Assembly (NCBI GenBank): GCA_037379345.1
Contig: CM074511.1
Span: forward strand, 30,758,862-30,822,861
DNA: 64,000 bases
Reading direction: 5' to 3'
Origin: Perna viridis
Lineage: Eukaryota
How positions within the stretch are numbered: the first letter of the stretch is position 1; each line of letters opens with the position of its first letter. Shown here piece after piece: positions 13,146-26,955 of this stretch. Both the position numbers and the translations under genes were made by a program. Below the pieces are notes generated by a model. The model did no database searches. It was not told the origin of the DNA and saw only the letters and a program-made list of their open reading frames with translations.

Positions 13146-13760
13146 AGAGTAATCGACAAGGTTATAGCGGTAATTAAAAGAATGTAATCCAGGGACCAGC
13201 ATGAAAAACAAACATACACAACAAAGAACATAAAGTAACTGAAATCATACATACAAAGCAAAAAAAAAAAAGCAAATGTGCAACTCGTGATCGGACTCCA
13301 CTAACAACTGGGAGCGTGGACCAGGTGAACCGGTAGGGTAAGCGCCCTCTGCTTTTCTAGAAACAACCGCCGAGTTGCTCATAAAAAGTCAAGTCCGGGG
13401 AAGACGAAAGAGGAAAGGAAAACTATGACCCTTTGAATAAATCAGTTTTCAAGGCGCAGATGGATGCAGTGTAGCGATTAACGAGTTCATGATGACGACC
13501 ATAAAACTTCTGTAGTGATGACTTCAATGTTGTTGCAACATAACCCAGTTCCACAAGCCTATTTGCTAGAATTCTAGCGCGATACAAAAAATCTGCCTAG
13601 TTTCGACAAGCTCTGGCATAACGGATGAGCTGTTATATGAACACTCCATACGCAGGTGCTGAAGGGATGTTGCCACGCGATGAAGGGAAAGTTGACAATT
13701 GAATGAAAAGTCATCACGTTTGTCGTAAAGTTTGATCAATAGAAGAAAACAACAATGCAG
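13146..13760 (-). mobile_element. Naiad-type Penelope-like element, 3' part of RT + 3' end
   Basis: IKLYDKRDDFSFN motif. Homologous to the reverse complement of 21245-21835. Confidence 0.8.
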
Positions 13761-14815
13761 AAATGAAATGCGGAGTGAGAAATTATTCATCTGGAAAGTT
13801 GAGATTTGTTAATTGGTCAGTTTTCTTATTTCCATTTTCGAAATTCTTTTGACATTTTGAAAGGTTACTGTTAAGGATATTGTCGCTTATTTTAATACTA
13901 CACTTATAATTCGTTATAAATTTAATTATATTGAAATGCCAAGTAGTAATCAAGTCAACTCAAAATTTTCCCAGTTTTCATAGAAAAAAAAATGCATTTA
14001 TTCAAACATATTATATGATATTAGTGAAAACGTAAACTTCAGCGACACGACCTCTTACATAACACTGTCATACAATTATAAGAAGGTTGTGATTTCCCCA
14101 TTACAATATTATATAATAATATAATTATTCAGTATTGAATAAGTTAAGTAGATACATGAGCAGTTTGATAATAGTGATACAGTTTGTCTCCTGTTATCAT
14201 AAATATTTATCAATGCTATCTGATGAAGGTTATATAACATATAATTTTTAAATAATATTTAAATGTATCACCATCTGCGAAATTCTAACACGGAAATGTA
14301 CTTAAAATGAATTGATCAAACGGAAGTTACTTCTGAAACAGAACAAAAGTAATGAACTTTCAGTATTGAGTTTAATCAGGTTGAGAGTTTTACTGTATAA
14401 GGACAGAGATATCACTTGAATAAGTACATAATGCATAAAATAGTATTTCAATGAACCCGTCAGTACATTATTTACTGCGAACTAAAATTTCCTTATTTGA
14501 GCATGGAATCGATAGAATATCATATAAACCCAATATGCTTAGGAAATAAGGTGGAATGGGAACTAAAACATAACCGGAAACTTAAAAGAGTATTTTGTTT
14601 TATCATTTACACGCTAGAAACTGTCAATACAGGTCATTTGATAACAAGTCAACCGAGAGTATTGTTTTGCTCTTTATTTAGTCATAGAGACGTAACATTT
14701 TTGGGTACGTCAGACTTCTAGAGGTCTCGACCTATTAAACTATTTATCAAAGTTAACCAGGAAACAGATAAAGTATATATCAGTTGTGTTATGAAGGGTA
14801 AAACATTCTGTCATT

Positions 14816-15952
14816 ATGAACAATAACAATCAGACTAACATGACAATTCCGGAATGGAACGAAAGGATAATGAAGAACCTTCTACCAAACATTGTCATAT
14901 TGTTTATCTTTATATTTCTAGCTGCCTTTGGAAACGTTTTGGTGATTTTAGTTTACACTTTCCGGATGAGAGGATGTTCGGAAGAGAGATATTTCATACC
15001 AATATTGGCCGTTTTTGATCTTCTCGCTGCAACGTATTGTGGGGGCTTTATGATCTATCAATATTTCCATCAAGTTACATTTCAAAACGAATTCACTTGT
15101 AAGACATTACAGTTCTTAGCCGGTTTTGTAACTTACATTCCTATAATATTGTTGCTTGTTATCTCTGTACAGCGATATCTGCGAGTTTGCCAGCCGTTGA
15201 AACCAACAATGACTACTGCAATGAAACGAAGTCTAGTTGCAGTTAGTGTCTTTGTATCATTTGCTGGCGCTTTACCTTTAGGATTCGTTTTTGATACCGT
15301 TCCATTTGAAAGTTTACGTTACAATTTAACTGGTAGTCGATGTGGAAAAATCAAGACAGGATTTCGATTAGTGCGAGCAATTTATTCGATAGTTTTAGGA
15401 GTCCTTGCTATTACAGTTTTCTCCTCACTTGTTTTTCTTTATTTCAAAATAGGAAGAGTTGTTTATAAGAACCACAAAAAGACAAATAAGAACAAAATAA
15501 ATAAAAGAGAAAGAAAGAAAAACTGTGGTAGTAGTAGAGAAGTGTCTGTTGAAACAACACAAAATACTGAATATTCGACAGATTCAGACACCAAATCAAC
15601 AGGCACCGAGAACGCACAGTTTGAACCGTCAAACACCGAAACATCAATGCCCTCTGTAAATAATTTAAACAGACTTGGTGAAAACAATCGTCGATTAACA
15701 TACAAATTATCAATAATATTTTTTATCATAACTGTAATATTTTTTATGAGCTACGTACCCAAGGCTTTGATTCTTTTTGTTGAAAGTGTGAAAAAGGAGC
15801 TCTGGGAGGAACTTTCAGATAAAGAAAGACCATGGGTCATGTTTGTGTATCATCTATTTATTCTAAACAATATCGTAAATCCTTTTGTTTATATGTTGAT
15901 GGATACAAGGTTCAGAAAAGAAGCAAAAACCTTGCTTGAAATATTTCCTTAA
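14816..15952 (+). CDS. Intronless class A (rhodopsin-like) orphan GPCR, 378 aa
   Basis: Seven hydrophobic segments. TM1 GN, TM2 LAxxD, TM3 Cys and QRY (DRY-like), TM6 SYVP, TM7 NPFVY and helix-8 FR. N-glycosylation sequons NQT/NMT. Confidence 0.93.
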   Translation: MNNNNQTNMTIPEWNERIMKNLLPNIVILFIFIFLAAFGNVLVILVYTFRMRGCSEERYFIPILAVFDLLAATYCGGFMIYQYFHQVTFQNEFTCKTLQFLAGFVTYIPIILLLVISVQRYLRVCQPLKPTMTTAMKRSLVAVSVFVSFAGALPLGFVFDTVPFESLRYNLTGSRCGKIKTGFRLVRAIYSIVLGVLAITVFSSLVFLYFKIGRVVYKNHKKTNKNKINKRERKKNCGSSREVSVETTQNTEYSTDSDTKSTGTENAQFEPSNTETSMPSVNNLNRLGENNRRLTYKLSIIFFIITVIFFMSYVPKALILFVESVKKELWEELSDKERPWVMFVYHLFILNNIVNPFVYMLMDTRFRKEAKTLLEIFP

Positions 15953-16663
15953 AACAATGATAAACTAACAATGCTCCTAAGAACTGCATGCATGCTATCT
16001 GTGAGGTATGCAATTTTATGTTACTGCATATATAACAAATGATGATATATTGCATCTGCCTATTCTAGGAATAATTAACGGTTAAATACACTTGTATACA
16101 TTTACACGTACAATTAATGATAAACCCGTGTTTGAACGGTCTCTCCACTTTAAAGGATATATCCAATCAGTCTGGGGAATAAATATAACAATAATACATA
16201 TATTTATATAACATTAACCTTAAAGTGTGGAGGGATAATAATACACAAATGTATATTCAATCAAATATATCGATTCAACATTTAAATTCATAGAAGAAAG
16301 CTCAAATTTGTTTTCCTGTGTTTTTGACTCTTTATAAAACCAACACAGCATGGATGAATCTATCATGTACATTTAAAAACCTTTAATTTGCATTAGTTTC
16401 ATTGATTTGAAATTTAATTATAGTGAACTATGGAATCATGTATAAAAATGTTGATGTAGTTATTCCGGTGTTTATGTCAATGACGATTTTTCATGGCTTT
16501 TAGTTCCTAAATCCTATAACAATCCATCATATTCTTTGAATAAATTAAATATCATTAGGTAGAGTGTGTTTCAATCCTGAAATTTGACACAATTTTTATA
16601 AAGGATTTACAATTAAGTGTCAATATGTTACTACTATAATATCTGCATCACGAACATTTTGTT

Positions 16664-17018
16664 CAAGAGTAATCAAGGGAACCAAGGTTATAGCGGTAAT
16701 CAAAAGAATGCAATTCAAGGACAAAGACCAGACATGGAAAACAAACAGACATACACAACAAACAACATAAAGTAACTAAAATCATACATACAAAGTAACA
16801 AAAGCAAATGAGCAACTCAGACTCCAGTAAGAACTCGGAGCATGGACCAGGTGCACCGGTAGGGTAAGCGTGCTCTGCTTTTCCAGAAACACTCGCCGAG
16901 TTGCTCATAAAAAGTCAAGTCCGGGGTAGATAAACGAGGAAAGGAAAACTATGACCCGTTGAATAAATCAGTTTTCATGGTGCAGATGGATACACCATAA
17001 CGATCCACGAGTTCATGA
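16664..17018 (-). mobile_element. Naiad 3'-end insertion
   Basis: Homologous to the reverse complement of 21485-21835. Absent at the paralogous position (~40210) of the duplicated segment. Confidence 0.85.
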
Positions 17019-20000
17019 GATTTAAATTGATATCAAAACCATGTCCAAGCACGATAATGCTACTTCTATTCAAGAAAGGGACATTTAATACATTTAACAT
17101 ATAATGTACATTAGTCAAAAAGTCACATGTTTTCTTCATGTCTATATAGCTGTATATTCTTGTGGAGTGAAATATCACAGGTGATTCTGAAATTGGATTT
17201 GTCATCTTGACAGTATATGTGAGACCATTTTAATGCGTTTTTGGCACGAGTGATAATATTTTGGTTAATCACGATAACCAATTGATTATCCTATTAATTA
17301 TATATATTTCCTGCATTATTCATTGTTATTTTCAACATAAAGTTAAAATTTTGTGAAAGGCGGATTGATATTCGTGTTGTGACGTTTTGGCGGGAGAAAG
17401 CGCCAGAGTGAAATTACCAAATTTATTTCACAGTGTGAATTATTGAAAAAAATTACACTGGGAACATTCGGTAAATTACTGATGTCTATGTAATAAATAC
17501 CGATATAAAAGAAGAATTTATTTTTAACCTTCATAGATGCATGCTCACTTTGCCAAGGTTAACTAAGGTTGTTACACGATAGATTTAAATTGACTTTATT
17601 TTACTTGATTTGTTATTTTTCAAATGCAAAACGACTGAATTGCAGGTAAAATAGCTATGTCACTCGGAAGAATAAAAAACAAAATGACCATGAGTCGCCT
17701 TAGTAACGAGCACAACGTTTCCTCATACTTCAAGAAATATAAACAAATTGTAAACATGTATCTCTATAAGGAAACAATTGTGTTGTCAATAAGTACGTTT
17801 ACGCTCACTTCCCTTGAAATACTTTAACTACCATTTCATGTTTAAATATTTCAGTAGAACTACAACTAAGAATCATGCAAAATGTGTTTCCTGGTTGGAA
17901 AAGCTACATTTTTTTAATATTATGTATAAAATGCTAGAGTAAAAAGAAATTGACGTATAATCCCTGTTCATAGGAGATATGAATGACAAAGAATGTACAA
18001 TAGAATTCAAAATTAAGGGAGAAAACTCTGTAAATGATACTGAAACGCAATAGAAACAATTGAGTTTTCAATTTAAATTTTATCCTAAGAACAGATAGAT
18101 TGGAATGAATGATTATAAATGTCATCATAAAGACCCACAAAACAACTTAATAACAAAAATAAAAAAGTATAGCCTTTTATTTGGTGTATCGCATATTACA
18201 GAATTTGCATGATCCTTACTAAGACTGTTACTTAAAATTTTTACAACATTAAATATTGGAACAAAATGAAGAAAATATAATTGTATCCGGCGTTCATTGA
18301 GAATGATGGAGTTTGTTTTTTTATCATATTTATAAATATGGGCATTTACCGCGTAAGCTGATTGATAAATGAAAACTAAGTAAATTCTTAGCACAGTCTT
18401 TCGAGTTCAACAAATGTTTTGTGAATATCGAGAAAGACGGTGCTATACATGATTTGTGACAAGAATTTTGCCACACCTATTAACCAACATCTGAAAGATT
18501 CATACCATTCTGACGCAAGGAGCTCGTGTTGTCGTTTGACGAAAAATATCCGCTTACAGCAGCCCTGTCGACTTAATTTACAAATTGTAAGACGATCAAA
18601 CCAGAAACCTAAATGAACAGTTTAGTGCTTTTTCGGGTAAGCATTAATATTCTAATATTTTGATAATGATATGGGTTTTTTTAAGGCGCAAATAGTAAGA
18701 ATTTTGTAGCCGCAAAAAATATTAAATCCGATCAAAAAGATTTTTGTTCTTTCATTCACTGAAAAACAAATTTGAACTCGCAAACGCATCGGCAAAAAAT
18801 AGAAGATGATGTTAGACTATCACCATTTGATCCCACTTTCGGAAATGATATAAGTATCTCCCAAGTTATTGACATGTTCGACATTGGAGTTTATCTAGAA
18901 AAGTAAGTTTTTTTTAATTATTTTATTGTTGTTTTTTTTTAATTCAGCATGTATTTGTGGAAATGGAAGCGAGTACATGTAGTGATTGCTTTGTAAAATG
19001 TACTTTGCTCAAATATAAATTACTTTAAAATTTCCTTTTGGGTTAAGGTTATATGCGGAAAAAAGTAGTTTTAAATCAATTTCGGAGGCTCATTTTTCTT
19101 AAAGTATATTATTTTTTTTATTCGAAACGAGGTTGTCCCTGTGCAATATTTATTCAAATGTAGTTGGACATTGCATTGCAGTTTCCATGTAATCCATGTG
19201 ATTATATGAACTTTCAGGCAATATTATTGTCAGAAGCGAAGATTGTACAATTTTGGTACTAAATAAAACGTTTATTTCGTACAATTTACTAACATGTCGC
19301 TTCTGAAAATTATCATCTATTTTTACTCCATGTGTCAAGATTTGGTAAAGATCTACAATTTACACAATAGACAGTTCAAATGAATTTTATTTTATCAGTT
19401 TAAGTAGCCTAATGTAAGAATGAAACAACTATAACGGCAGACGAAAATAACGATAAATATGATCCCAATCAACGAAATATGTGATATGTTTGTGGTCTGT
19501 TTAACAATACTTATAAAATTGTTATTGTATGCTTTCGTAGTAAAAAGGAAGTTTATAACCTGCGTTATTGAAATGATTCAATTTGTTTATTTAGAATTAA
19601 AATTTAGACTATTTTAAAGATATCTTTAATTTACCGCTTTATTTTGACGTATCATTGGCCACCTTGAGGGGCCTTAATCAGCTTTAAAATATATTATATT
19701 TACAACACTCACACAATAAAAAAACGCTGAGACTTCATTCATTATATTTCACAACGTCTCGATGCTAGATTTGGCTAAATGCTTCGATTTATTTTTTGAG
19801 TACTTCTTGTTAACAAACAAACTCAAAGTGAAAATAATTATAGAACACCAGCTATATAATAAATCAGGACTCTAAAATTTCAAGCATCTTTAGGTAAAAT
19901 TGGATAGATCTATAACCCAATGGAGCACCGTAAGAGAGTAAGAGAGCAATTGAATATTAGTTTCGGGTTACCGAGATATTTTCTTCTAGCACTCGCACAG

Positions 20001-20049
20001 TATTTAGATTTTTATAACAATTGTCTGTAAGCATACGAAACAGATTATA

Positions 20050-20200
20050 CATTACAAATTTGTAATATTAGACAATAAATGAATTTGTAATATTAGAAAA
20101 TGACTTTGTAATATTAGAAAATGACTTTGTAATATTAGAAAATCACTTTGCATTATTGCAAAATCAGTCACATTTTTTAATATTACAAAACGATTTTCTA
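20050..20200. repeat. 21 bp minisatellite, same family as 7600-7910
   Basis: TTTGTAATATTAGAAAATGAC units, plus the reverse complement of the 7750-7790 spacer. Confidence 0.8.
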
Positions 20201-21835
20201 CCTCTTCATTATACAAACTTGTGGCCATCATGTTGGATATTGGTTTCCGCAGACTCTTTATACCAGTTTGTTTTCAATGTCAAAATGAAGGAAAACGGCC
20301 ATTTCTTCGGCTACTGTTTGCAAACAAAGGTATAGATTGTTTTTGAATGCAAAACGATTTACATCCAATGTTTATTTTCAGAGATTGACATAGAAAATAA
20401 TAGCAGTAGTAAGACCTATTCCTCAATAGAAGAAATCTTGGAAAATCATAAATTTGTGCTATCCTCTTTAGGCTTCTCTACCATAGACGATGTGATCTAC
20501 CGACTATGTACTTGATTCTTAAGAACTCCATAAGAACCATGCAAATAACGCTACATAGCTGGATCCGCAAAATGTACCACAAAACCTCTTTCAAAACTTT
20601 TAACTTCTATACTCACAGTGACAGGTCTCCAGTCCTACCCGACACTTGTTACTCCCGTAGTGGTATTTATTAAATGTGGACCCCAAAGAAAAAAAATGAA
20701 AGATCTTCTGGAAACCCTCTGTTCAAGACAATGCTATTGTATTCAAAGTTAGAATACAATAGCATTAAAACCTGTGATTTTTCATCTCTCTGTACGTCAA
20801 TTACCCATACTCAGTTAAAATCCCGACTCAAAAATATTATTCATCGTTGTTACACCAAAAAAGACGGTTCGCTTAGATACAAATATGTTGTTCTTGGTAG
20901 ATATTCCTCATACTTTGTAAATATTAATTTCGATTCGTCTTGTAAATATACCGAAGAAGATGTTTTCAAAATGCTAGAATTTTTGATCAACAACATATTT
21001 GTCCAGTGTGGTGAACGGTTTTTCAAAAAACTGATCTGATACAAAAGAATGGACATCGTTTAGCTAGGTCCTTAAATCTCAGTTTCTTCTATATAAATGA
21101 CGTATTATCGTTAAACAATCCTAGTTTCGGTGATTTTATACATCGCATTTATCACAAAGAAATGAGATAAAGGATACTACAAACACTGTGAAGTCAGCCT
21201 CATACCTTGACCCACACTTAGAGATCGGTGATAAAGGAAACTCTTGATTAAACTATACGACAACGCGATGACTTTTTCATTCCGTATTGTCAACTTTGCA
21301 TTCATATGTGGCAACATCCCTTCTGCACTTGCGTATGGAGTTTTCATATCACAACTCATGCGTAGTGCCATAGCTTGCTGCAACTACACAGATTTTTGGT
21401 ATCGCGCTAGATGTCTTACAATTCGGGAACAGAGTTATGTTGCTACAAGATTGAAGTCATCACTACAGACGTTTTATGGTCGTTATCATAAACTCGTTGA
21501 TCGTTACGGTGGATTCATATGCACCATGAAAACAGATTTGTTTAACGTGTCATAGTTTTCCTTTCTTCTTTCGTTTACCCTGGACTTGACTTTTTATAAG
21601 CAATTCGGCGGATGGTTCTAGAAAAGCAGAGCACGCTTACCTTACAAATGCACCTGGCCCATGATCCCAGGTTTTAGTGGAGTCCGAGTTGCTCATTTAC
21701 TTCTGTTACTTTGAATGTATTATTTTGATTATTGTATGTTCTTTTTAGTGTGTCTATTTTTCTTTTCTGGTCTTTGTCCCTGAATTACATTCTTATGATT
21801 TCACCTAAAATCTAGGTTCTCTGTATTACTCTTTC
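20200..21835 (+). mobile_element. Degraded Naiad-type Penelope-like retrotransposon (C-terminal RT)
   Basis: Motifs FANKGID, RYIAGSAKCTTKPLSKLLT, KTCDFSSL (cf. KTFDFSTLY), LEFLINNIFV, YINDVLSLNN (YIDD), KLYD, AYGVFISQL, RLKSSLQTFYGR. Followed by the conserved 3' UTR. Confidence 0.85.
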
Positions 21836-22350
21836 AATTATTTCTCCACTCAAGATGGTTATAATAAAATCTGAAGAAATCTTGGATAATGTAAAATGGC
21901 GGGAAATCTCTTAGACTTAAATCAGCGTCTTGTTGTCAAAAAGTCATAGGCAAATGTTAAATACTCAACATGTGTAAGGAAAGAGTTATATATACAACCT
22001 TACAAAAAGGCAAACTAAGTAAAAATATTCAAATTACTTTTCTTTTTTATTACTTCTCAAAGTCATCCTATCTTACTATTTTAAATTTTAATTTATATTA
22101 CAGTGGAACTTGATTGTTTTAAATTTTTATTGTAAATTAGATGTTTTAATATCAATATGTATAAATATATTCTGAGACATTTGTATAATTTTGATTTGTT
22201 GTGATATGTATCGTGAATTTGGTCCTCTAAGCCTGCATAATAATACCTAGATGAGCTGTTCCGCACTATCATACTTCGTGTGATAAGCTACGCCCTAGAT
22301 TAATCCCACGAGAAGTAATGACCCGCCAGTGAAAGCTACATATTTATATA

Positions 22351-22510
22351 GCCCAGCTGGTCGAGTGGTCTAGGGCGCTGGACTTAGTACAGGCGGTGTT
22401 TTCATTAATGTCACAGCGGTACAAGTTCGAATCCCACGGAGGGAACGAAAAAAAAAAATGCTTTGCAAATTTCAGACCCTGCTGTATATATATATATATA
22501 AATATATAAA
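22351..22510 (+). mobile_element. tRNA-derived (SINE-like) head with A tract and (TA)n
   Basis: A-box-like GGTCGAGTGGTCTAGGGCGCTGGACTT and B-box GTTCGAATCCC at 22425. No complete cloverleaf is evident. Confidence 0.55.
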
Positions 22511-22717
22511 TTCTAAACCTTTTTTCATTGTGATCTACCGGGAAATATAGGTCCGTTCCCCCAGTTTTTCCTTTTAAAGTATGAGTATACATTAAAAAAA
22601 AAAAAACAAAACCGATAATGTCAGAGAATAGTTGATAATGAGTCAATATCCGTTTTTGACATGAAATGATAAACTAATATAATTGAATGTTGTCATCATT
22701 TTGAAAAGTTTACGAAG

Positions 22718-23836
22718 ATGTATAGCCATAATTTGACAAATTTAGCTATTTTGAAATGGAATGATAGAATAGTCCAGACTTTGTTACCGAACATTATCGT
22801 TTTAACAATTTTTATAGTATTAGCAATATTTGGAAACATTTCAGCTTAAGGAAATATTGAGGAGAGGTATTACATACCGATTTTGTCTGTTTTTGATCTC
22901 ATTGCTGCATCTGTTTCCGGTAGCATTATGACCTTTGAATGTTTTACGATTTTACGATGACGCCGTTTGCAAAACATTAGTATTTTTTGTCGGTTTTGCG
23001 ACATATATTCCAGTTTTATTGTTGGTAATTTTTTCGATCCAGCAATATTTACGAGTTTGTAAACCTAAGAAATTACCATTAAGCATACGAACAAAATGGA
23101 GTTTAGTTACACTTTGCATACTTGTAGCATTTGCTTTGGCAATGCCTTTAGGATTCGTTTATGGAACGCGTTCAATAAAAAGTACTCACCTTAACCTTAC
23201 AGGTAGCAAATGTACAATGGTTAACAGGGAAACGTCCGTGTTGGGGACGATTTATTCTATGGTGTTGGGACCACTCGTTTTTATTACTTTTTTATATTGA
23301 TCTTCTTGTATTCTAAAATAGGAACGGTTGTATATAAGAAGTTGAAAAGCGCAATTGAAAACAGCAAGTGTAATCGTAACAAAGGAAAAACTGAAGACAG
23401 TAAAATTTCAATGGACAGACAAGAGGTATGTACTTTAAAAGTGCAGGATATAAATTATTCTAACGATTCCAACATAAACTCGCATCAATGTCATGTTATT
23501 CAAACCATTTCAAGTTACGAATTCAATGCAGACGGTAAAGAAGAGAAGCAAATTGATCGGAACTAATCGTCGTTTAACATTCAAGCTAGCTTTGATATTC
23601 ATTGTTATAACTGTAATATTTATATAAGCTTCACCCCAAAGGCCTTGATTCTGGCGGTTGAAAGTGTAAATAAGGAGTTTTGGGAGAACCTGTCTGACGA
23701 CGAAATAACAGTGTTTATGTTTATGTATGGAGTTTTTATTCTAAATAACATTGTTAATCCATACGTCATCATGGATACAAAATTTAGGATTGAGGCCAAC
23801 GTTTCGCTTAAAAGAGTATTAAAGTTGAAATTTTAA
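22718..23836 (+). pseudogene. GPCR paralog pseudogene
   Basis: MYSHNLTN...LLPNIIVL...FGN, then deletion and stop. Further pieces EERYYIPILSVFDLIAA, QQYLRVCKP, AMPLGFVYG, LNNIVNPY, MDTKFR lie in different frames. Confidence 0.88.
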
Positions 23837-24189
23837 AATTAGGGACACGTCAAGACGGTACAAATATTACTATTAGAAAGTGTGACGAGTTGAAATATAG
23901 AAAGGATATGTACAATAGGAGAAAAATGAATATTATTGAGTGGAAGTCAATTGGTCGTAGTTTGTAAGATACATTAGTTCAATCCGTTATTTTTGTGTAA
24001 GTTTAAATAAAGTTTATTACTGTTTTCAAAAACAGTAAAACTTACCTTCTTGCTTTCATTTATTGTATTAAATAAGTAATTACATATATATATATATAAC
24101 TGATATATATCATCGACTATGGCACCCTCTCCACTACAGGAAATTTATGCCCCCGTTTAAAAATAAAAGGTATAAAGTGATTATGCTGT

Positions 24190-24500
24190 ACTTCCGTTCA
24201 TTCGGCCCCAGTTCTAATCGGCAACTCCTCTGTAACCATTAGATGGAACTTGATTCAACTTTCAATAATTCTTTATCGATTGATTTCATTGTGTACCTCC
24301 AATTTGTGTTTTCCATTTCAATGACGTTTGGGATTTACTGATGTTAAACGTGGAGTTTTTTGTCGACCAGGGAAAAAAGGACATCTCTCCATCTGTTGCT
24401 CCTTTAAGACCGCTTAATGGAATTTATTAATATGTTTACATATTTTTATCACATGCCAATGTGCATCTTCTATTTTGTTTCCCGTCTGAATAACTTTCCG
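24190..24500 (+). repeat. Helitron/Helentron-associated satellite-like repeat units (decayed)
   Basis: Two related units, GCAACTCCTCTGTAACCATTAGATGGAACTTGA and GTTGCTCCTTTAAGACCGCTTAATGGAATTT. Paralog at 36120-36355. Reverse-orientation units at ~36390-36480 and ~50520-50760. Family assignment is by resemblance only. Confidence 0.45.
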
Positions 24501-24980
24501 GATTTTTTTTATGAAGATAAGGTTCTACAGAAGGAATAATAAAAGATAAACACAAGCATATTCATAACGACCAGACATGTAGCAATCGTCATTTGTAGTT
24601 GTATTCAGCTGTAATCATTTTGCATATAATTACTATCTGCATTGATAAAATATAATCCAGTGGATATTATTTCACATTTTTTTCTGGAGGATATGTTTTT
24701 TTTTTAATTTTGAAAAAATTTCCATACCCATTAAATTAATTCCACTGTTGAAGATATAACCATAAGGTATTAGGAATCAGGTAAAGATACTCTTATTGCA
24801 ATTGGGATATTATTTTATACCATTCAATAAAATCCAAAATAGTTCTCATATGGTGAACACAATTCATACATGAAACAAAATAATTCCAGAACTTGATTGT
24901 TCAATCATGATAATATTGTGTATATGGAAACAATTTAACAGGCACGGACATTTTACTATTATGAAATATCCTTGGATTAA

Positions 24981-25545
24981 AGGAGGAGGAGCGATAGGTG
25001 CCTTATTGGCCTAAAATTTATCTAAAATTAATCATGCAGTGTTGAATGATTTAATTGTGAATTTGGAGACTTGAATCCATCACAAATGAGAAAGCATAAA
25101 TACTTCTGATAATTCTTGAAAGGACAGACGAAATGCTTGAAGTTTACCAATATTTAGATATTCTGTCCACTTTTGTACTTTTCGTAACTTCTGGTCATAT
25201 TTGTGGCAAGGAAATGGTGTCCACACCCAAAAACTACATTTAGTCAATACGTTTATTATTACATAGTTTTTCACATGTTGAAAGATAATTTTTTTCTTTG
25301 GTGTGGACAAAGTTTTCTGGATGTTAATATATCAATTAACAACAGCAAAATTTACAATTTTCAGCATTTTTGCTAAATAACGTAAAATTGTGGCACCATT
25401 ATGACGTCATTAAACTGAATTAATGACATGCGTATTATTTTTCCTTATATGATTCTATATTTATACATTTTACCATGCACTTGTATGTTCATACAACAAA
25501 ATTGATATTTTAGTCCATATTTACATCTTATTGCGCCCTACACCT
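24981..25545. mobile_element. Kolobok-like non-autonomous DNA element (MITE)
   Basis: TTAA|AGGAGGAGGAGCGATAGG ... CTTATTGCGCCCTACACCT|TTCA: imperfect ~18 bp TIRs with AGG/CCT ends and a TTAA-like TSD. Confidence 0.5.
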
Positions 25546-26619
25546 TTCATATTATTTTTTTCCTGTGGAAAGTAAATCATCCATAGGATAGAATTGGATG
25601 TTACACATACATGCATTGTCAATCAAGTATTGAAAAAAAAGTGTGAATTCAAAGCCATTTCAGTTACATGTACTACACAAACACATGCTGGTTTAAGTTT
25701 ATAGCATAGCTTGGGGCTTCATTCTCTTGTAGCTTGATAATCTTTGATTTTATATTAAAAAAATAATATTAAATGTTTCCACTATTAATCAAGTTAAAAT
25801 TAATCAAGTTTAAAGTGAGCGAATTCCTATCAAAACACACATGTAAACTTTATTAATGTCATTCATTCTGTCACTAGATCATGCCAAAGATACCTCGTAG
25901 CTTTTTTTTAAATTCCAGCCGAAATTAAAGTCCAGTCAAAGCGAAATGCAAATTATGCATGTCAGTCATATCTGGTAATACTACACCCAAACACTAAATT
26001 CATTGTAAACAATGATTTTTTGTACATGCACGCATGTTTTGAAAACACGCTGACCTCATTATCTACCTAAAAAAAGCATATATTTCTATAGAATATTTAA
26101 TTGAGCATACACCAATAAAGTTTGAATTTGTGGTATTGGTTTCTATCTTTGAGAAAACGTATTCATTAATCCCATAATTACATGTTTTAAGGAATTGTAA
26201 TTTTATTAATTACATTGCAAAAATGAGCAAATTAATTGTAAATGTAATCATAAAATGTAAAGGCAATTGTAATTTAATCAATAACATTCTAATGTAGTGA
26301 ACCAATTTATGTGCCAAAATTTATGTGCCAAAAGATATGTTCACGTGTTCATTTTCAAATTAACAACCATTGCAACTACGTTTATTTCGGTTCCCCAAAC
26401 GCCTCCACCATGTGCTTTAATTATTCAATAATTCAAAATGTTCTATATATGATGTCAAGTCAAAAGGAGAAGTATAAGCTAGGTCATGACGTACTATGAA
26501 TGGACATTTGCACGAATAACACAAAAATGATTAATCAGTGACCACTTACACCCCATGTGCATTAAAATATTGGTACATAGATGATTCTAAATAATATTCT
26601 CCCACGGAATATATACTTA

Positions 26620-26955
26620 TATCTTACACCCAAATGCACTTTATTTCCTTCCTCGTGCAATTTCGTGCACTCAAATGCACATAAATTCCTTCTTTATGCA
26701 TTCTACTTGCCATTTGATACACTCATATGCACATAACTTCCTTCCGCATGCATTTAACATGCAATTTGACACATTCAAATGCGCATAACTTCCTTTTTCA
26801 TGTTTTACATGAAATTTTATACACTCAAATGCACCTAAATGTCTTCTTTATGTATCCCACATGCAATTTCATACACTCAAAACACATGAATACCTTCCTC
26901 ATGCATTCTACATGCAATTGCATACACTTAAATGCGCATAAATTCCTTCTTCATT
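26620..26955 (+). repeat. ~50 bp tandem minisatellite (CATTCTACATGCAATTTCATACACTCAAATGCACATAAATTCCTTC...)
   Basis: About six diverged units are visible. Second array at 36595-36910. Confidence 0.85.

Noticed and set aside
15444-15729. Antisense ORFs over the GPCRs (also 45651-45881 and 46164-46469)
   Set aside because: Shadow ORFs of the sense coding sequence.
16663-16908. Hydrophobic Cys-rich small ORFs (also 37628-37819 and 38922-39251)
   Set aside because: Translations of the T/G-rich Naiad 3' UTR, not membrane peptides.
22351-22445. Functional tRNA gene
   Set aside because: A/B boxes are present, but no matching acceptor stem is evident and the middle is over-long. Treated as a tRNA-derived repeat.
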